Notes: a model not told the origin generated them from the sequence alone. 47,227 bases of DNA from Octopus bimaculoides (GCF_001194135.2 NC_068986.1:95212047-95259273), one strand, 5' to 3'; shown: positions 11,521-23,412, numbered from the stretch's first letter. Translations and numbers: made by a program.

Positions 11521-11774
11521 ATTTCTTTTCTCTTTAGTGATATATTTATTTTTACTTTATGGCAGTTTAACCACTACACAAATCCTCAATATATAAACAC
11601 AGTTTACTTACAACAAGCGTTGTGTTTCCGCTTAATCAGTTTCTTTCAGATTTCCAACTGTTTCCAAGACGATACTTTCTATGGTACCTTTATATTTTTT
11701 TGTCGATAAATTGACAGAAAATAAAATCTGGTTATCGACAAGCCACATGGGAGTGAGTGGATGGGTAGAAAGAC

Positions 11775-11861
<87 letters not shown>

Positions 11862-12050
11862 GCAGACAGATAGATAGATAGATAGATAGATACATACATA
11901 CATACATACATACATACATACATACATGCATACATACATAGGCACGCTGGAAGGCAGGTAGGCAGGTAGGTAGGTAGGTAGGTAAGTAGGTAGGTAGGTA
12001 CGTACGTAGGACGTACGTACATACATACGTACGTACGTACTTACGTAGGT
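11775..12050. repeat. Compound (TAGA)-(CAGA)-(TACA)-(TAGG)-(TACG) microsatellite
   Basis: Direct reading. Confidence 0.95.
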
Positions 12051-12322
12051 GGGTAAGTAGACAGGTGACTAGGTACGTAGCTATGTATGGTTGACAAATG
12101 TGTGTGTGCGTGTGTGTGTTTAGCCAGAGAATGTGAGACAATGAGATACATGATAATAACGACATACATAATAGCAAATAAGTTTACGCGCATGCGCTTA
12201 ATAAGCGTATGTTTAACCTTACAATGTAAATAGATCCCTGTGACAAAACCGTAGTCGATCTCTGTGTCCTTTCTCACGACATCCTCTTTCGCTATCTTTC
12301 TCACTCACTCTCATTGGCGTTG

Positions 12323-12359
<37 letters not shown>

Positions 12360-12846
12360 NNNNNNNNNNNNNNNNNNNNNNNNNNNNNNNNNNNNNNNNN
12401 NNNNNNNNNNNNNNNNNNNNNNNNNNNNNNNNNNNNNNNNNNNNNNNNNNNNNNNNNNNNNNNNNNNNNNNNNNNNNNNNNNNNNNNNNNNNNNNNNNNN
12501 NNNNNNNNNNNNNNNNNNNNNNNNNNNNNNNNNNNNNNNNNNNNNNNNNNNNNNNNNNNNNNNNNNNNNNNNNNNNNNNNNNNNNNNNNNNNNNNNNNNN
12601 NNNNNNNNNNNNNNNNNNNNNNNNNNNNNNTCAGTGAGGGAGAGAGAGAGAGAGAGAGAGAGAAAACAGACAGAGAGTGGGATTCAGAGAAAGAGAGACA
12701 GAGAGAGACGGAGAGAGACGGAGAGAGACAGAGAGAGACACAGAGAGACACAGAGAGACACAGAGAGAAGCAGCATACAAATACTTATCAACCATGCTAT
12801 GATTATCAGGTAACGATGTTGTTCTCGTTACATGCCAGAACAGTCA

Positions 12847-12960
12847 TTGGGTTGGCACAATCCTTAGAACGTGAGACAAAATACCCTGCAGCATTTGTTC
12901 CTAAGCTTTATGGTCTAAGTTCAAATCCTACCGAGGTCAGTTCTGTAACGATTTAACTCT
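12847..12960 (+). mobile_element. Degenerate SINE family C head
   Basis: ttggcacaatccttagaacg..aaaata..gcattt..agttcaaatcctaccgaggtc resembles 22367-22487 and 37703-37945. Confidence 0.55.
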
Positions 12961-13164
12961 TACCTTAAAAACTGCTGTCCATTGACCGAAATAAGAGGCA
13001 GTTTAAGACATTTTACATACTTAGTAAGCTGGTTCCTCTCTATCTCTTTCTCTCTCTTTAGATGTAAATGCACACATACGTATACAAATGTAAGTATGAA
13101 TGTGTGTATGTATATATACACATATCCACATTCTTTCCTTTATATACATACATACATACATACA

Positions 13165-13198
<34 letters not shown>

Positions 13199-13229
13199 CA
13201 TACATATATATATACATACATAGACAGTA

Positions 13230-13405
13230 TATTAAATGAAATTAACACAAAAAGAAAGAAGTTAGCACTGAAGGAGTATGTTTTAATAAATGTATAAATG
13301 TTGTGTAAGTTAACGCTAAAAGGGAAGAGAAATAAGATTGACGTTTCGGATGTAAATCCTTCATTGAAGGAGACTTAGAGAATAAAAATACAGGAATAGA
13401 GTTAA
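13230..13405 (-). mobile_element. Repeat fragment with a degenerate hammerhead-like motif (PLE terminal-repeat-like)
   Basis: Minus strand 13370-13336 reads ttcaatga-A-GGAT-ttac-ATCC-GAAAC-GTC. Stem II and GAAAC-GUC are intact but the CUGAUGA core is damaged. Downstream sequence resembles 10520-10610 on the plus strand. Confidence 0.45.
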
Positions 13406-13756
13406 AAGGGAAAAAAAGTGGTTGGAGAGGAAAAACAACAGATATAGGTAGGGAGCAGGTCAGAATACACCTCTATGGAGTCGGGTTCAGAAGACAAGAG
13501 ACAGAAGGGTGTATAAGCGCATTGGGGCTGCACATCCGCATATTGATAAACATATAAGAGAAAAGTATGTGTGTGAGTGTCGTGGGGAGGCAAAACTGTA
13601 CTAGTATGAGAGTGCAGTGGTGTGGGATAGTGGGGATTGGGTGGTTGGTGTGGACATGTAATCGTATTGTAAGCGTGTGTCGTCGTATCTATACATTGGT
13701 AGATAGATATAGATGTATGCGTATATATGTATATATATACATACATGTATATATCA

Positions 13757-13791
<35 letters not shown>

Positions 13792-14485
13792 AGGTATGTA
13801 TGCATGCATACACACAAACAAACAAATAACGCCAGACGCAATTAGATGTTATTGTCGTAATACTTTTAGCGTATTAAGTTATTTATAATTTTCTTACTTA
13901 TTCGGAAATTATTATAAGGAAGTTATGTGTGTACGTATGTAGGCATGTATGCATGTATGTATTTATGTATGTATGATGTGTATGCTGTGTATGCATGTAC
14001 CCATGTATGTATGTATGTATGTACGTATGTATGTATGCTGCGTATGTGTGTATGCATGTATTTATGTACGTATGTATGTGAATGTATGTATGTATATATG
14101 CATGAGAGTAGGAACGTACACATGAACGTACGTCTGTATGTACGTATCTATGTGTGCATGTATTATGTATGAATGAATGAATGTATGCATGCGTGTATGT
14201 ATGAAGCAGGAACATAGGCACAATATGCAGAAGATGATTGAACACTAAATTGTAGAATCTATAATATTTGATTAATAGTTGGATATGTCTTCTGTGTACA
14301 TTACTAGTAATGAGAATTGAGCGAATATCTAGATAGTAATTAACTAATTAATATATGTACATTATGCCTATGTACGTGTGTATAGTGATGGGAGTGTTAT
14401 ATATGTGTACATATACATAGAGAGAGAGAGATAATAGTTAGATAGATTGTAAATATATATATTAATATAAATAATATATATATCT

Positions 14486-14641
<156 letters not shown>

Positions 14642-14644
14642 ATA

Positions 14645-14960
14645 TATGGGATATATGGGTACAGGACATCACCAACTATGTAAACAACATGATATACGAA
14701 AACAAACGAGTTAAATACGCAAACAACGGGAGAAAAAATGGAAAACAGAACAAGTAAACATAGAGAAACGACCCTTCATCAGTTGTCAGCTGTCTATTTA
14801 CTTCTCATTTCGAGCATTCAACGACAATATGAGTCTTCAAAGACAGTTGCTCCTATAAATTTTAAGATAAAATTTAGGATTTATAGAATGTGAAAGTTGG
14901 GAACAAAAACAAGACAGTAGAGACATACAAGGAAACCGAACGAAAACAAACATGAAGGAT
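14645..14960 (-). mobile_element. Unclassified dispersed repeat (family E)
   Basis: Minus-strand gtcgttgaatgctcgaaa..aatagacagctgacaactgatgaagg..tggtgatgtcctgtac matches plus-strand 33015-33230 (ctcgttgaaagctcaaag..aataaacagttgagaactggggagg..tggtgacgccctgtac). Confidence 0.6.
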
Positions 14961-15455
14961 CGTTATACCAGTACGAGACAAAAATAGTGAACGCTGGGAG
15001 AAATATTTTCTTTGAAAAGAGAAAAGATAGAAAGAGAAAAAACGTCCTGTCCTTTGAACGTCCGTGCAGGAAAAGAAAAATGGTAACGCGAGGAAAAGAA
15101 AAATGGACGATGGTTACGTGTGAGCAACGAGAGAGAGAAAATAAGTATGTAGAAATGATAATAATAATTTTGCTAAGAACATTAAATCTGATAATGGGTA
15201 ATTCATTAACGGCAACAATGATAGTAGTAATGGAAATAGCGTACCTTGTGAAATTGAATATGAAAGATGTATAAGAATGACTAATAATACAAATGATAAT
15301 ATGAATAATAATAGCAATAATAATAATAATAAAATGAATAAACCTGAAATTGGCTTGAATGAAAGTACAATTAATACCGTGGATCCCGGCAATGGAAGGA
15401 CGGGAGCAAGCGGTATGCTGATTAATGCTAACAGTAGACCTCATAAAGGGCGCAA

Positions 15456-15897
15456 AAGTGTAATTGTAGGGACCCTCTTAGATGACCGATTAGCGGAAAT
15501 TGTTGCCAGAATTATGTTATTTATAAATGTAGCGTTGAAGCGCAAAATGGCCAAAGAAAAATATATATAGGTAGTTCGATAGACTTCAAGCAAAGGTACC
15601 GAAGCCACCTAAGTTCTTATAACGATCCTAAATATAGGACATCTACCGCATTGGCATCATATGTAAATGATCTTAGGGAAAAGAGTATTACATTCAAATT
15701 ATGGTGGTCTATCCTTGCACACGCCCCCATATGGAATCGGATCGACTAGATGTGGTTTGTGCATCAGGGAAGCATTTTTTATATGGAAAAACTATAATCA
15801 TGCTATGTTAAATAAATTTACTGATGCAATACCAGCTTGTACACATAGGATCCACTCTACGTTCTTGAAGAAATTTAAAAATAAAAATAAAAATTAG
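15456..15897 (+). pseudogene. GIY-YIG endonuclease domain of a PLE (one in-frame stop, one +1 frameshift)
   Basis: KCNCRDPLR*PISGNCCQNYVIYKCSV..KIYIGSSIDFKQRYRSH..TSTALASYV..WWSILAHAP, frameshift in the C-run at ~15724-15728, then PYGIGSTRCGLCIREAFFI..MLNK. This shows the VIY/YIG motifs, the conserved Arg and Glu positions, the CNC..C motif and the CxLC motif typical of PLE endonucleases. Confidence 0.9.
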
Positions 15898-15967
15898 AAA
15901 TAATAATAATAATAATTTAAAGTGTATAATTGAAACATAATATAGTAATTAAATAAGTAAAAAAAAT

Positions 15968-16378
15968 ATAGGAGTGGCTGTGTGGTAAGTAGCTTGCTTA
16001 CCAACCACATGGTTCCGGGTTCAGTCCCACTGCGTGGCACCTTGGGCAAGTGTCTTCTACTATAGCCTCGGGCCGACCAAAGCCTTGTGAGTGGATTTGG
16101 TAGACGGAAACTGAAAGAAGCCTGTCGTATATATGTGTATATATGTATGTGTGTGTATATGTTTGCGTGTCTGTGTTTGTCCCCCCCAACATCGCTTGAC
16201 AACCGATTCTGGTGTGTTTACGTCCCCGTAACTTAGCGGTTCGGCAAAAGAGACGATAGAATAAGTACTAGGCTTACAAAGAATAAGTCCTGGGGTCGAT
16301 TTGCTCGACTAAAGGTGGTGCTCCAGCATGGCCACAGTCAAATGACTGAAACAAGTAAAAGAGTAAAGAGTAAAAGAG
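15968..16378 (+). mobile_element. Essentially full-length young SINE, family A, inserted in the PLE 3' UTR
   Basis: tRNA-like head (ggagtggctgtgtggtaag..gggttcagtccc), core, internal (TA/TG) tract and (GAGTAAAA)n tail; several copies occur in the window. Confidence 0.95.
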
Positions 16379-16641
16379 GTATAGTATAAGGTTGCAATAA
16401 TGTAATAGGTATGATTTGAACTTAGCTAATTTCATAAAAACATGGGAATGAAATTAAAGTGCAATAATGGGTTAATCTGGATTGGACTTTGCATATGCCT
16501 TTACCATGATATACTGGTTATATGCTAATGAGGTAATATTAGATTACTATAAAGGGGGTAAGTGTAATGCCTTAATTTCTCGAGTGGCTCGTGTGTAATT
16601 GTATAATTTGTATTTCTGTATTTTTTTTTTCATTATGTGTA

Positions 16642-16730
16642 AACATCCTGATGAGGGGAGTGTCAGATTTTAAAAATATGAAATATATATCATATTACTT
16701 GGCACGTCTCCGAAACGGCCCGTATATGGA
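16642..16730 (+). ncRNA. Type I hammerhead ribozyme motif in the PLE pseudo-LTR
   Basis: CTGATGA at 16648-16654; stem II GGGGAGTGTC/GGCAC(G)TCTCC (10 bp, one bulge); GAAA at 16712-16715; stem III ACG-gcc-CGT; triplet GTA at 16722-16724. Stem I is weak (CAT/ATG, first pair mismatched). Confidence 0.75.
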
Positions 16731-16759
16731 ACTTTTAAATATTTTGTAACATTTTCGTG

Positions 16760-17011
16760 GTAAGTACGTCTTTTTAATGTTTTATCGTATCAAATTTTTT
16801 TATTACACCAATGTATTGTAACTTGTAAATTTAGAATTCACTGCGTTTTATATATTATATCGACATTTATCTATTCATATGTATTTTTATATCTATATAT
16901 ATTTATATATTTTAATATTTATATTGTTTGGAATTTTTATATCGATTTTATTAACGTAGAATATACATATATATTGGATTTTGTGTGTGGTTATTAAATA
17001 TGTTCCTCTAG
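16760..17011 (+). other. Putative spliceosomal intron in the PLE 5' UTR/pseudo-LTR
   Basis: Donor GTAAGT at 16760, very AT-rich body and acceptor ttcctctAG ending at 17011, between the HHR and the ORF start. Confidence 0.45.
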
Positions 17012-17184
17012 TTTCCGCTTACATTGCTTCCATCCGGATTATTAAACGGAATATAGCTCAATTGGAGCACTACAACTCCAGTTTGTATTGCATTTGTGAG
17101 TAATGTTAATATTAGCAATCTCAAAATAAAGCAGTGTATTTTATATTTTGGCTCATCGGAGCACTTCAATACGGATTGGATTAA

Positions 17185-17403
17185 ATGGAGAAGCAATATT
17201 TCGGCGTTTCTACCAGGAATGTACCTATTCCATCCAAGAACTTATATATGGAAGTTCTTCTACATAAAACGAGTGAATTTATATCTAGACTTAGATGGTG
17301 TGCCTTATATTTTAATAAGTCCAGAAACTCGAAGTCGAAGATGAATCGATATAAACTAGCACCGCAAATCAATCTGAATGTTAGGAATTCTATAATTTCT
17401 TGA
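17185..17403 (+). pseudogene. N-terminus of a PLE ORF (start of the second tandem unit)
   Basis: MEKQYFGVSTRNVPIPSKNLYMEVLLHKTSEFISRLRWCALYF matches the PLE N-terminal pattern YSxKNIPIPS..Y...L..K.E.FI.RMRWKA.F as recalled. Confidence 0.8.
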
Positions 17404-18085
17404 AGTACGAGCGGAAATCCGCAGTACGAGCACACAAATCGTCCCATCTTTAAGGTAACTCACTTAATAAAACTAGTTTGCATATTCTTTTTGCATTCTC
17501 TTTTTTATAATTGTCATTTTATTTGTAACTACACCTTTTCTGTTTTAAAACTTATAGAATATTATTTTTGAGTTGTTTTGATGGGGGCTAGAACGGATTA
17601 ATTATATTTTAGTTAATTTCAATGGGGAAAATTTATTTCAAAAACGAGTTAATCGTAAGACGAGCTCGGTCATGGAACGAATTACTGCNNNNNNNNNNNN
17701 NNNNNNNNNNNNNNNNNNNNNNNNNNNNNNNNNNNNNNNNNNNNNNNNNNNNNNNNNNNNNNNNNNNNNNNNNNNNNNNNNNNNNNNNNNNNNNNNNNNN
17801 NNNNNNNNNNNNNNNNNNNNNNNNNNNNNNNNNNNNNNNNNNNNNNNNNNNNNNNNNNNNNNNNNNNNNNNNNNNNNNNNNNNNNNNNNNNNNNNNNNNN
17901 NNNNNNNNNNNNNNNNNNNNNNNNNNNNNNNNNNNNNNNNNNNNNNNNNNNNNNNNNNNNNNNNNNNNNNNNNNNNNNNNNNNNNNNNNNNNNNNNNNNN
18001 NNNNNNNNNNNNNNNNNNNNNNNNNACACACACACATATAATTTATGAGGGAAACGGAAAGTGAATTTGGCATAAATCTTTATTC

Positions 18086-18187
18086 AACACCACGATCGTT
18101 TCGACTCATCCTGCAATTGTCCCTTACGGATAGGATATTGTGCATTTTGTTGTGTTGCATCAGCCAGTGCAGTCTACCTCAGGTGTT
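18086..18187 (-). ncRNA. Decayed type I hammerhead ribozyme (different family from 16642)
   Basis: Minus strand reads AACAC-CTGAGGTA-GACT..AGTC-GAAA-CGATCGT-G-GTGTT. Stem I AACAC/GTGTT, stem II GACT/AGTC and palindromic stem III ACGATCGT are present. The core has T where A is expected and the triplet is GTG. Confidence 0.6.
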
Positions 18188-18423
18188 TGGTTTAAAAAGA
18201 TATCCTATTACATATACTGAGTTTCTCTTGTATGTTGTACTCGCTCGTAGTATGGGAGTACACTGACGGAGGGTAGAATAATTTTGGGCTAATAACCTGC
18301 GAATGTGTCTAGCTACAGTTGACATTGAATATATAACATAAATTAAAATTATAAAAAGGATAGAGAATAAAACCTGCCAAAGTATACGAATTGAAAGTTA
18401 ATTCGTGTGTGAGTTTGTGTGTG

Positions 18424-18459
<36 letters not shown>

Positions 18460-18505
18460 NNNNNNNNNNNNNNNNNNNNNNNNNNNNNNNNNNNNNNNNN
18501 NNNNN

Positions 18506-18562
18506 GGCCAACCAAAGGGTCATGAATGGGTTTGGCAGATGGAAACTGAAAGAAACCTATCG
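18506..18562 (+). mobile_element. SINE family A core fragment
   Basis: ggccaaccaaagggtcatgaatgggtttggcagatggaaactgaaagaaacc. Confidence 0.75.
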
Positions 18563-19469
18563 TGTGTGTGTGTGTGTGTGTGTCTGTCTGTCTGTGTGTG
18601 TGTGTGTGTGTGAAGCGAAAGCCTCAAATACAGTATTACACAATTTTTCGAAAAGTTCTATGAAGAGATAAAGAATTAAGGCAATATGAGTAATAAACAG
18701 CTTTTTACCAACTTCTGACTACTTTCTTCTTTTATTAATCTATTAACGTGTCTGAATATGTGAGTGTGTGTGTGTGCGCGCGTGCGTTCGTGTGTGTGTA
18801 TGTGCACTCGCGCGTAAACACCTTTTATTCTAAATTCATTTATTTAGTCTTTCAATCTATTCTTTCTATTTATACATTTCTATTATATTTTAACGACAGT
18901 CAATGCGAATCTATTGTATTGTAAATATTATTTTCGAAGCATTTGAAAATAATTATATAAAGAGCGACGACATTCGCGAACTTTTGAGTAGTGAAATACA
19001 AATGTTTGTTTAATATGTGACATATTAGATATCAAAACTACAGAAATTTTACTTTAGCACTCGACTGACAAGATATCATGTCACATTTGAAAAATGCGAA
19101 ACGAAACGATATCGATGCATAAATGAAATCGAAGTACATAGAAACACGCTTAAGCTCGCCTTCAAAGTGCCTTGAAAGAAAAGAAGTACTGCCACAATCA
19201 ATATACATTTCCGCTTAATTTACATAGAGATTAGATTTTTGCTGACAGAGAACATCGCCAGCTTTCTCAGATTTTTATCTTTTCGTAACAGATCATTACT
19301 TTGCTTTGTAAATTGTTGATTTTTATTTCTAATGGAAATTGCTATTTGTTTTACTTAATTAACCCTTTCTGACTAAAATTGCCTCTTTATACAGGAAAAA
19401 AATTATTTTCGTGATTCAATATAATTCGTGCGCTGAATTGATAATAACAGCATAATAGAACCAACTGCA

Positions 19470-19517
<48 letters not shown>

Positions 19518-19567
19518 TATTTATATATATATATATATATACGAGTGTGTGTACGTTTATATGTATA

Positions 19568-19615
<48 letters not shown>

Positions 19616-19989
19616 TGCGTATATATACACACAGAAGTCCGAAATTACCATCTCAAGAATGACTTGTATAACTTTTCTCGTGATATGTCACACTGCAAGC
19701 AATATGAAATATGGCTTCTCAAAAATGTTAATTACAGTTGGTCCTATTAAACTTGTCTAGAGTCTTCAGTAATTATATAGTTCTAATCACGAATCACATG
19801 AGGAGAGAATGTCAGAGTGTGTGTCCTCTTGGCACGCGTATAGAAACACCATGTCATTATCCAATTGTCCGTTCTATACTCACTTCTGCATCAGATACTT
19901 TAAATGTTCATAATATGATGTTATGAGACTGAACAGGTAAAAATCTTCAATTCATCAGATCAATATAATTAAGTAATAGGTTGACTGTC

Positions 19990-21800
19990 CACTGAGAAAA
20001 TGTTTAAGCTTACTTTGAAAACTTTATACGATGAGGTTATTGAAATTTCTAAGCATGTCCAATGTTAGCAACAAGAATCGATATATCTTAATGATTCCTG
20101 TTTTTCGGCTGCTAAAAGAAACTGTACTACAGAATTACAAGTACAATCAGAAACTTCTATTAAAGTCGTTTCTGTTGCAGTCGTTTGTGCTTCATTACCT
20201 CTATTAACATCAACTTAAACAGACAACGAAACTGTTCCGTGGTTTACTTGTATTACACAACCAGACTAACGTAAGTTTCACCAAATGGACATTTAGCAAC
20301 CAAGAACGTTCTTTGCAAGTAAGTTTGGGCGCTATTTTTTATTCATTTCAAAACTACATTCATCCAAATTGTTTTTCCATACAAAATATAACGAAATTTC
20401 AAAATTACATATTAAAGATTTTAAAATAAGTGTTTTAACAAAAGAATTTTCTGATTGGAAAATATGTTCATCAATGTTTCGCGGAACATTGACTCTGAGT
20501 TTTTAAGCTGCTGCTATTAAAAATGGAAGGGCTGATACTTATATTTTTGTGTTAGATTAAATTGCTGGAAAACATATATAAACGAATTGTCAATGCGTAA
20601 TAAAAATTGTCGAGTGTTCACGAGTCAGTCTCCCTTTAGTCACATAGTGAGTTGGTCGGAATCTTTCCACGACATAACGCTAAGGAGATTGTTACTCTAA
20701 TCAAATACATACGAAAAAGGGAGAATTTACTTATTGAGTTGGGGAAAAAACATCGAAATGTTTTAAAAGAAATTAACAACTAGCAGCATATCAACTTTGG
20801 CGACAATTAGATGAACTGTATGTGCTGCTTCCATTCAGCAAATTCTTGAAAGTTTTCAATTCTGTTCCAATGTTGACAAAAATTGTATAGTCACAAATGA
20901 ATACTGATGGTCGAGGCGGAATAAATAGATGTCAAACTCAAATGGAAACGTTTGGTTGGTTCTTCGGATTAAATCTCAGCCAGTTCTTGTTTATGCATTC
21001 AGACAATTTCTCAAGGTCACTGCAAGCACCTAAAATGTCAATCAACAGAATGGTACAAGATGACTGAAAATACTAAAACAAGTTGTGAAAAATATGAAAG
21101 AGAATAACGATTCATTTGATAACTTCTTGGATTATATTAAGCAGAAGTCAAAGACGCACCATTTCGTTTTAGAAATATATCAGTATCACGGAAGTGATGG
21201 TTCTCTAAAAAAATAGAAATGGAAATTGGGAATGGCATATTTCCGTCAACAGCTCGAGACCATTACAGACACATGTATTTTGATACAGAAATCTCTTCTA
21301 TCCACAAACGCCTCGATTAAGTGTGTTACAAAATATAATGAACGCTGAAGACACGGCACCTGAAGGCGACCAACAAAGAGAACATTTCATCATAAATTAA
21401 TCTTATTAAAGAAAAGAAACGCCTGACAAGGATATCAGTAGCTCATCTAGCATTTGAAGATTATCTCTGTTTATTGTTTGACTGCCGTTGTAGACAATCA
21501 GAATGAAAAAATATATAAATAAATACATACAGCCGATAGTAAGTATTTAATATGAAAGATTTGTAAAATTTGCTAACTTTTTGCACTTAATTCCTGAAAC
21601 AGCTGCTACGCTACAACTGAACGAATACTTTTTCTGGCAAAACAATTAAAGACAAGTCTTCTGTCAAGGATGACACAAGAGATATTAAATTCTCTGGCTA
21701 GATTTTTTTCATTAAACAAAGAACTGACAGACAAGATAAACTTGAGTGCAGTTGCAACAAGATTTGCTTCTTGATATGAGATTGGCAAAAGAATTTTCGA
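19990..21800 (+). mobile_element. Decayed hAT DNA transposon (ZMYM1-like/TTF zinc-finger type transposase), probably internally deleted
   Basis: EFSDWK (~GFxNWK, ~20440); EIVTLIKY..KRENLL (~20685-20730); TIR*TVCA.SI..IL (~PTRWTVRA, ~20805-20850); QMETFGWFFGLNL..LF.HSDNFSRSLQ (~20940-21030); FPSTARDHYRHMYFD (~21240-21285); dimerization-domain-like TERILF.AKQLKTSLLSRMTQEILNSL..NKELTDKINL..VA (~21615-21770). The 5' boundary is approximate. Confidence 0.8.
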
Positions 21801-22366
21801 TGGATTCCAATTGGTTTGATGGTAAATTGAATTGAATAATGAAGTTTTATAATTACAGCTGCTTTTCATGAATGTCATCGTATAATCTATATTTTACAAT
21901 AGGTNNNNNNNNNNNNNNNNNNNNNNNNNNNNNNNNNNNNNNNNNNNNNNNNNNNNNNNNNNNNNNNNNNNNNNNNNNNNNNNNNNNNNNNNNNNNNNNN
22001 NNNNNNNNNNNNNNNNNNNNNNNNNNNNNNNNNNNNNNNNNNNNNNNNNNNNNNNNNNNNNNNNNNNNNNNNNNNNNNNNNNNNNNNNNNNNNNNNNNNN
22101 NNNNNNNNNNNNNNNNNNNNNNNNNNNNNNNNNNNGGCTGCACCTGCCTACCTCAGTTGCTATAGCATTGAGGTAGATCTGCCCCGCCCCCACCCCACCC
22201 CGTTAACGGGGACAAAACCCGGATTTAAAACACTTGATGAGGATGATGATGATACAATGCATACATACATTACAGCTTTTAACAAATGTCTTCCAAATAT
22301 CCTAGCCTTAAAGGCAATTTTTGTCTTTCGTGCCTGTGGGTTTATCTTTTAATATTAATACACATT

Positions 22367-22487
22367 AAGGCGGCGAGCTGGCAGAACCGTTACCGTGCCA
22401 AGCATAATGTTTAGCAGCATGTCGTCCGCCCTCACCTTCTGAGTTCAAATGCCGACTTGTTTTTCATTCTTTTGAGGTCGATAATTT
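22367..22487 (+). mobile_element. SINE family C, 5' portion
   Basis: aaggcggcgagctggcagaaccgttacc..ttctgagttcaaatgccga..ttcattcttttgaggtcgataa. Confidence 0.75.
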
Positions 22488-23269
22488 CCCTCATATATGT
22501 ATGTATGTGTACATTGTATGTGTGCGTGTGTAGTTGTGTTTGCGTGTGTATGTACGTGTGGTTACGCGAATGAGTGCGTGTGTGTTGGTGTCGGTACATA
22601 ACTATGTGAGCTATAGTAGCAAACACACAATACACAGATTCATAAACACAGATCCACGCGCGCGGATGCGCACACACATGCACACACAATACACACGCAC
22701 ACACACATATACACACACACACACACTGACGTATACACGCGCCCGTGCTCACACACATCCATGTATACACACACCCGTACTAACACACATATACATGCAA
22801 TTCAGATGACATGCATAAGCTAAAGGCGATCATTTTTTTTGTTCATTGACTTGTTAAAAATAGCAGCTAAATCTCTCTTAAATCATACATCATAAACCCT
22901 CTAGAAAGCAAGTGGATCCTCCATACTCTGTGTGTGAATAAAATAGGTGATGGTCATCGCTGGAACGCTTTTAATTGCATGTGTGCCGATCAGAGCTGAC
23001 GTGGAACAAAACGACAAATATACAAATTCACACACACACACATTCACGTATACACACGCCCGTGTTCACACACACACGCGCGCGCACACACACACAGATT
23101 CACATACAGGACACATATATAAACATATGCCTGTTCACACAGACACGAACATTATCCGGTATGTCAACATTTGACAATTGCTGATAACGTCACTCCCATT
23201 TTCTCTCATTCACCCTTTCTCTCTTTCCCTCCCGCGCTCTAACCCTTCCTCTCCCTTCTCTATCTTTCG

Positions 23270-23375
23270 CCACCCTTTCTTTCTCTTTCTCTCTCTTCCT
23301 CTCTCTCTCTCTCTCTCCCTCTTTCTCTCTCTCTCTCTCTCCCTCTCTCTCTCTTTCTCTCTCTCTCTCCCACTT
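23270..23375. repeat. (CT)n polypyrimidine microsatellite
   Basis: Direct reading. Confidence 0.9.
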
Positions 23376-23412
23376 TTCTCCTACTTGGTGCTTACGTATG
23401 CGCGCACTACTG

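Larger units (their letters stand above)
14990..17460 (+). mobile_element. Penelope-like retroelement, 5'-truncated, in partial-tandem (pseudo-LTR) arrangement
   Basis: In order: decayed Asn-rich linker, GIY-YIG endonuclease (stop at 15897), 3' UTR with a SINE insertion, HHR, putative intron, then a PLE ORF N-terminus. Outer boundaries are approximate. Confidence 0.85.

Noticed and set aside
14770-14800. Minus-strand CTGATGAAGGG in family E as an HHR
   Set aside because: No downstream paired stem plus GAAA was found, and the other copy reads CTGGGGAGG.
14987-15570. ORFs 14987-15274 and 15277-15570 as independent genes
   Set aside because: They are out-of-frame or partial pieces of the decayed PLE linker leading into the GIY-YIG domain.
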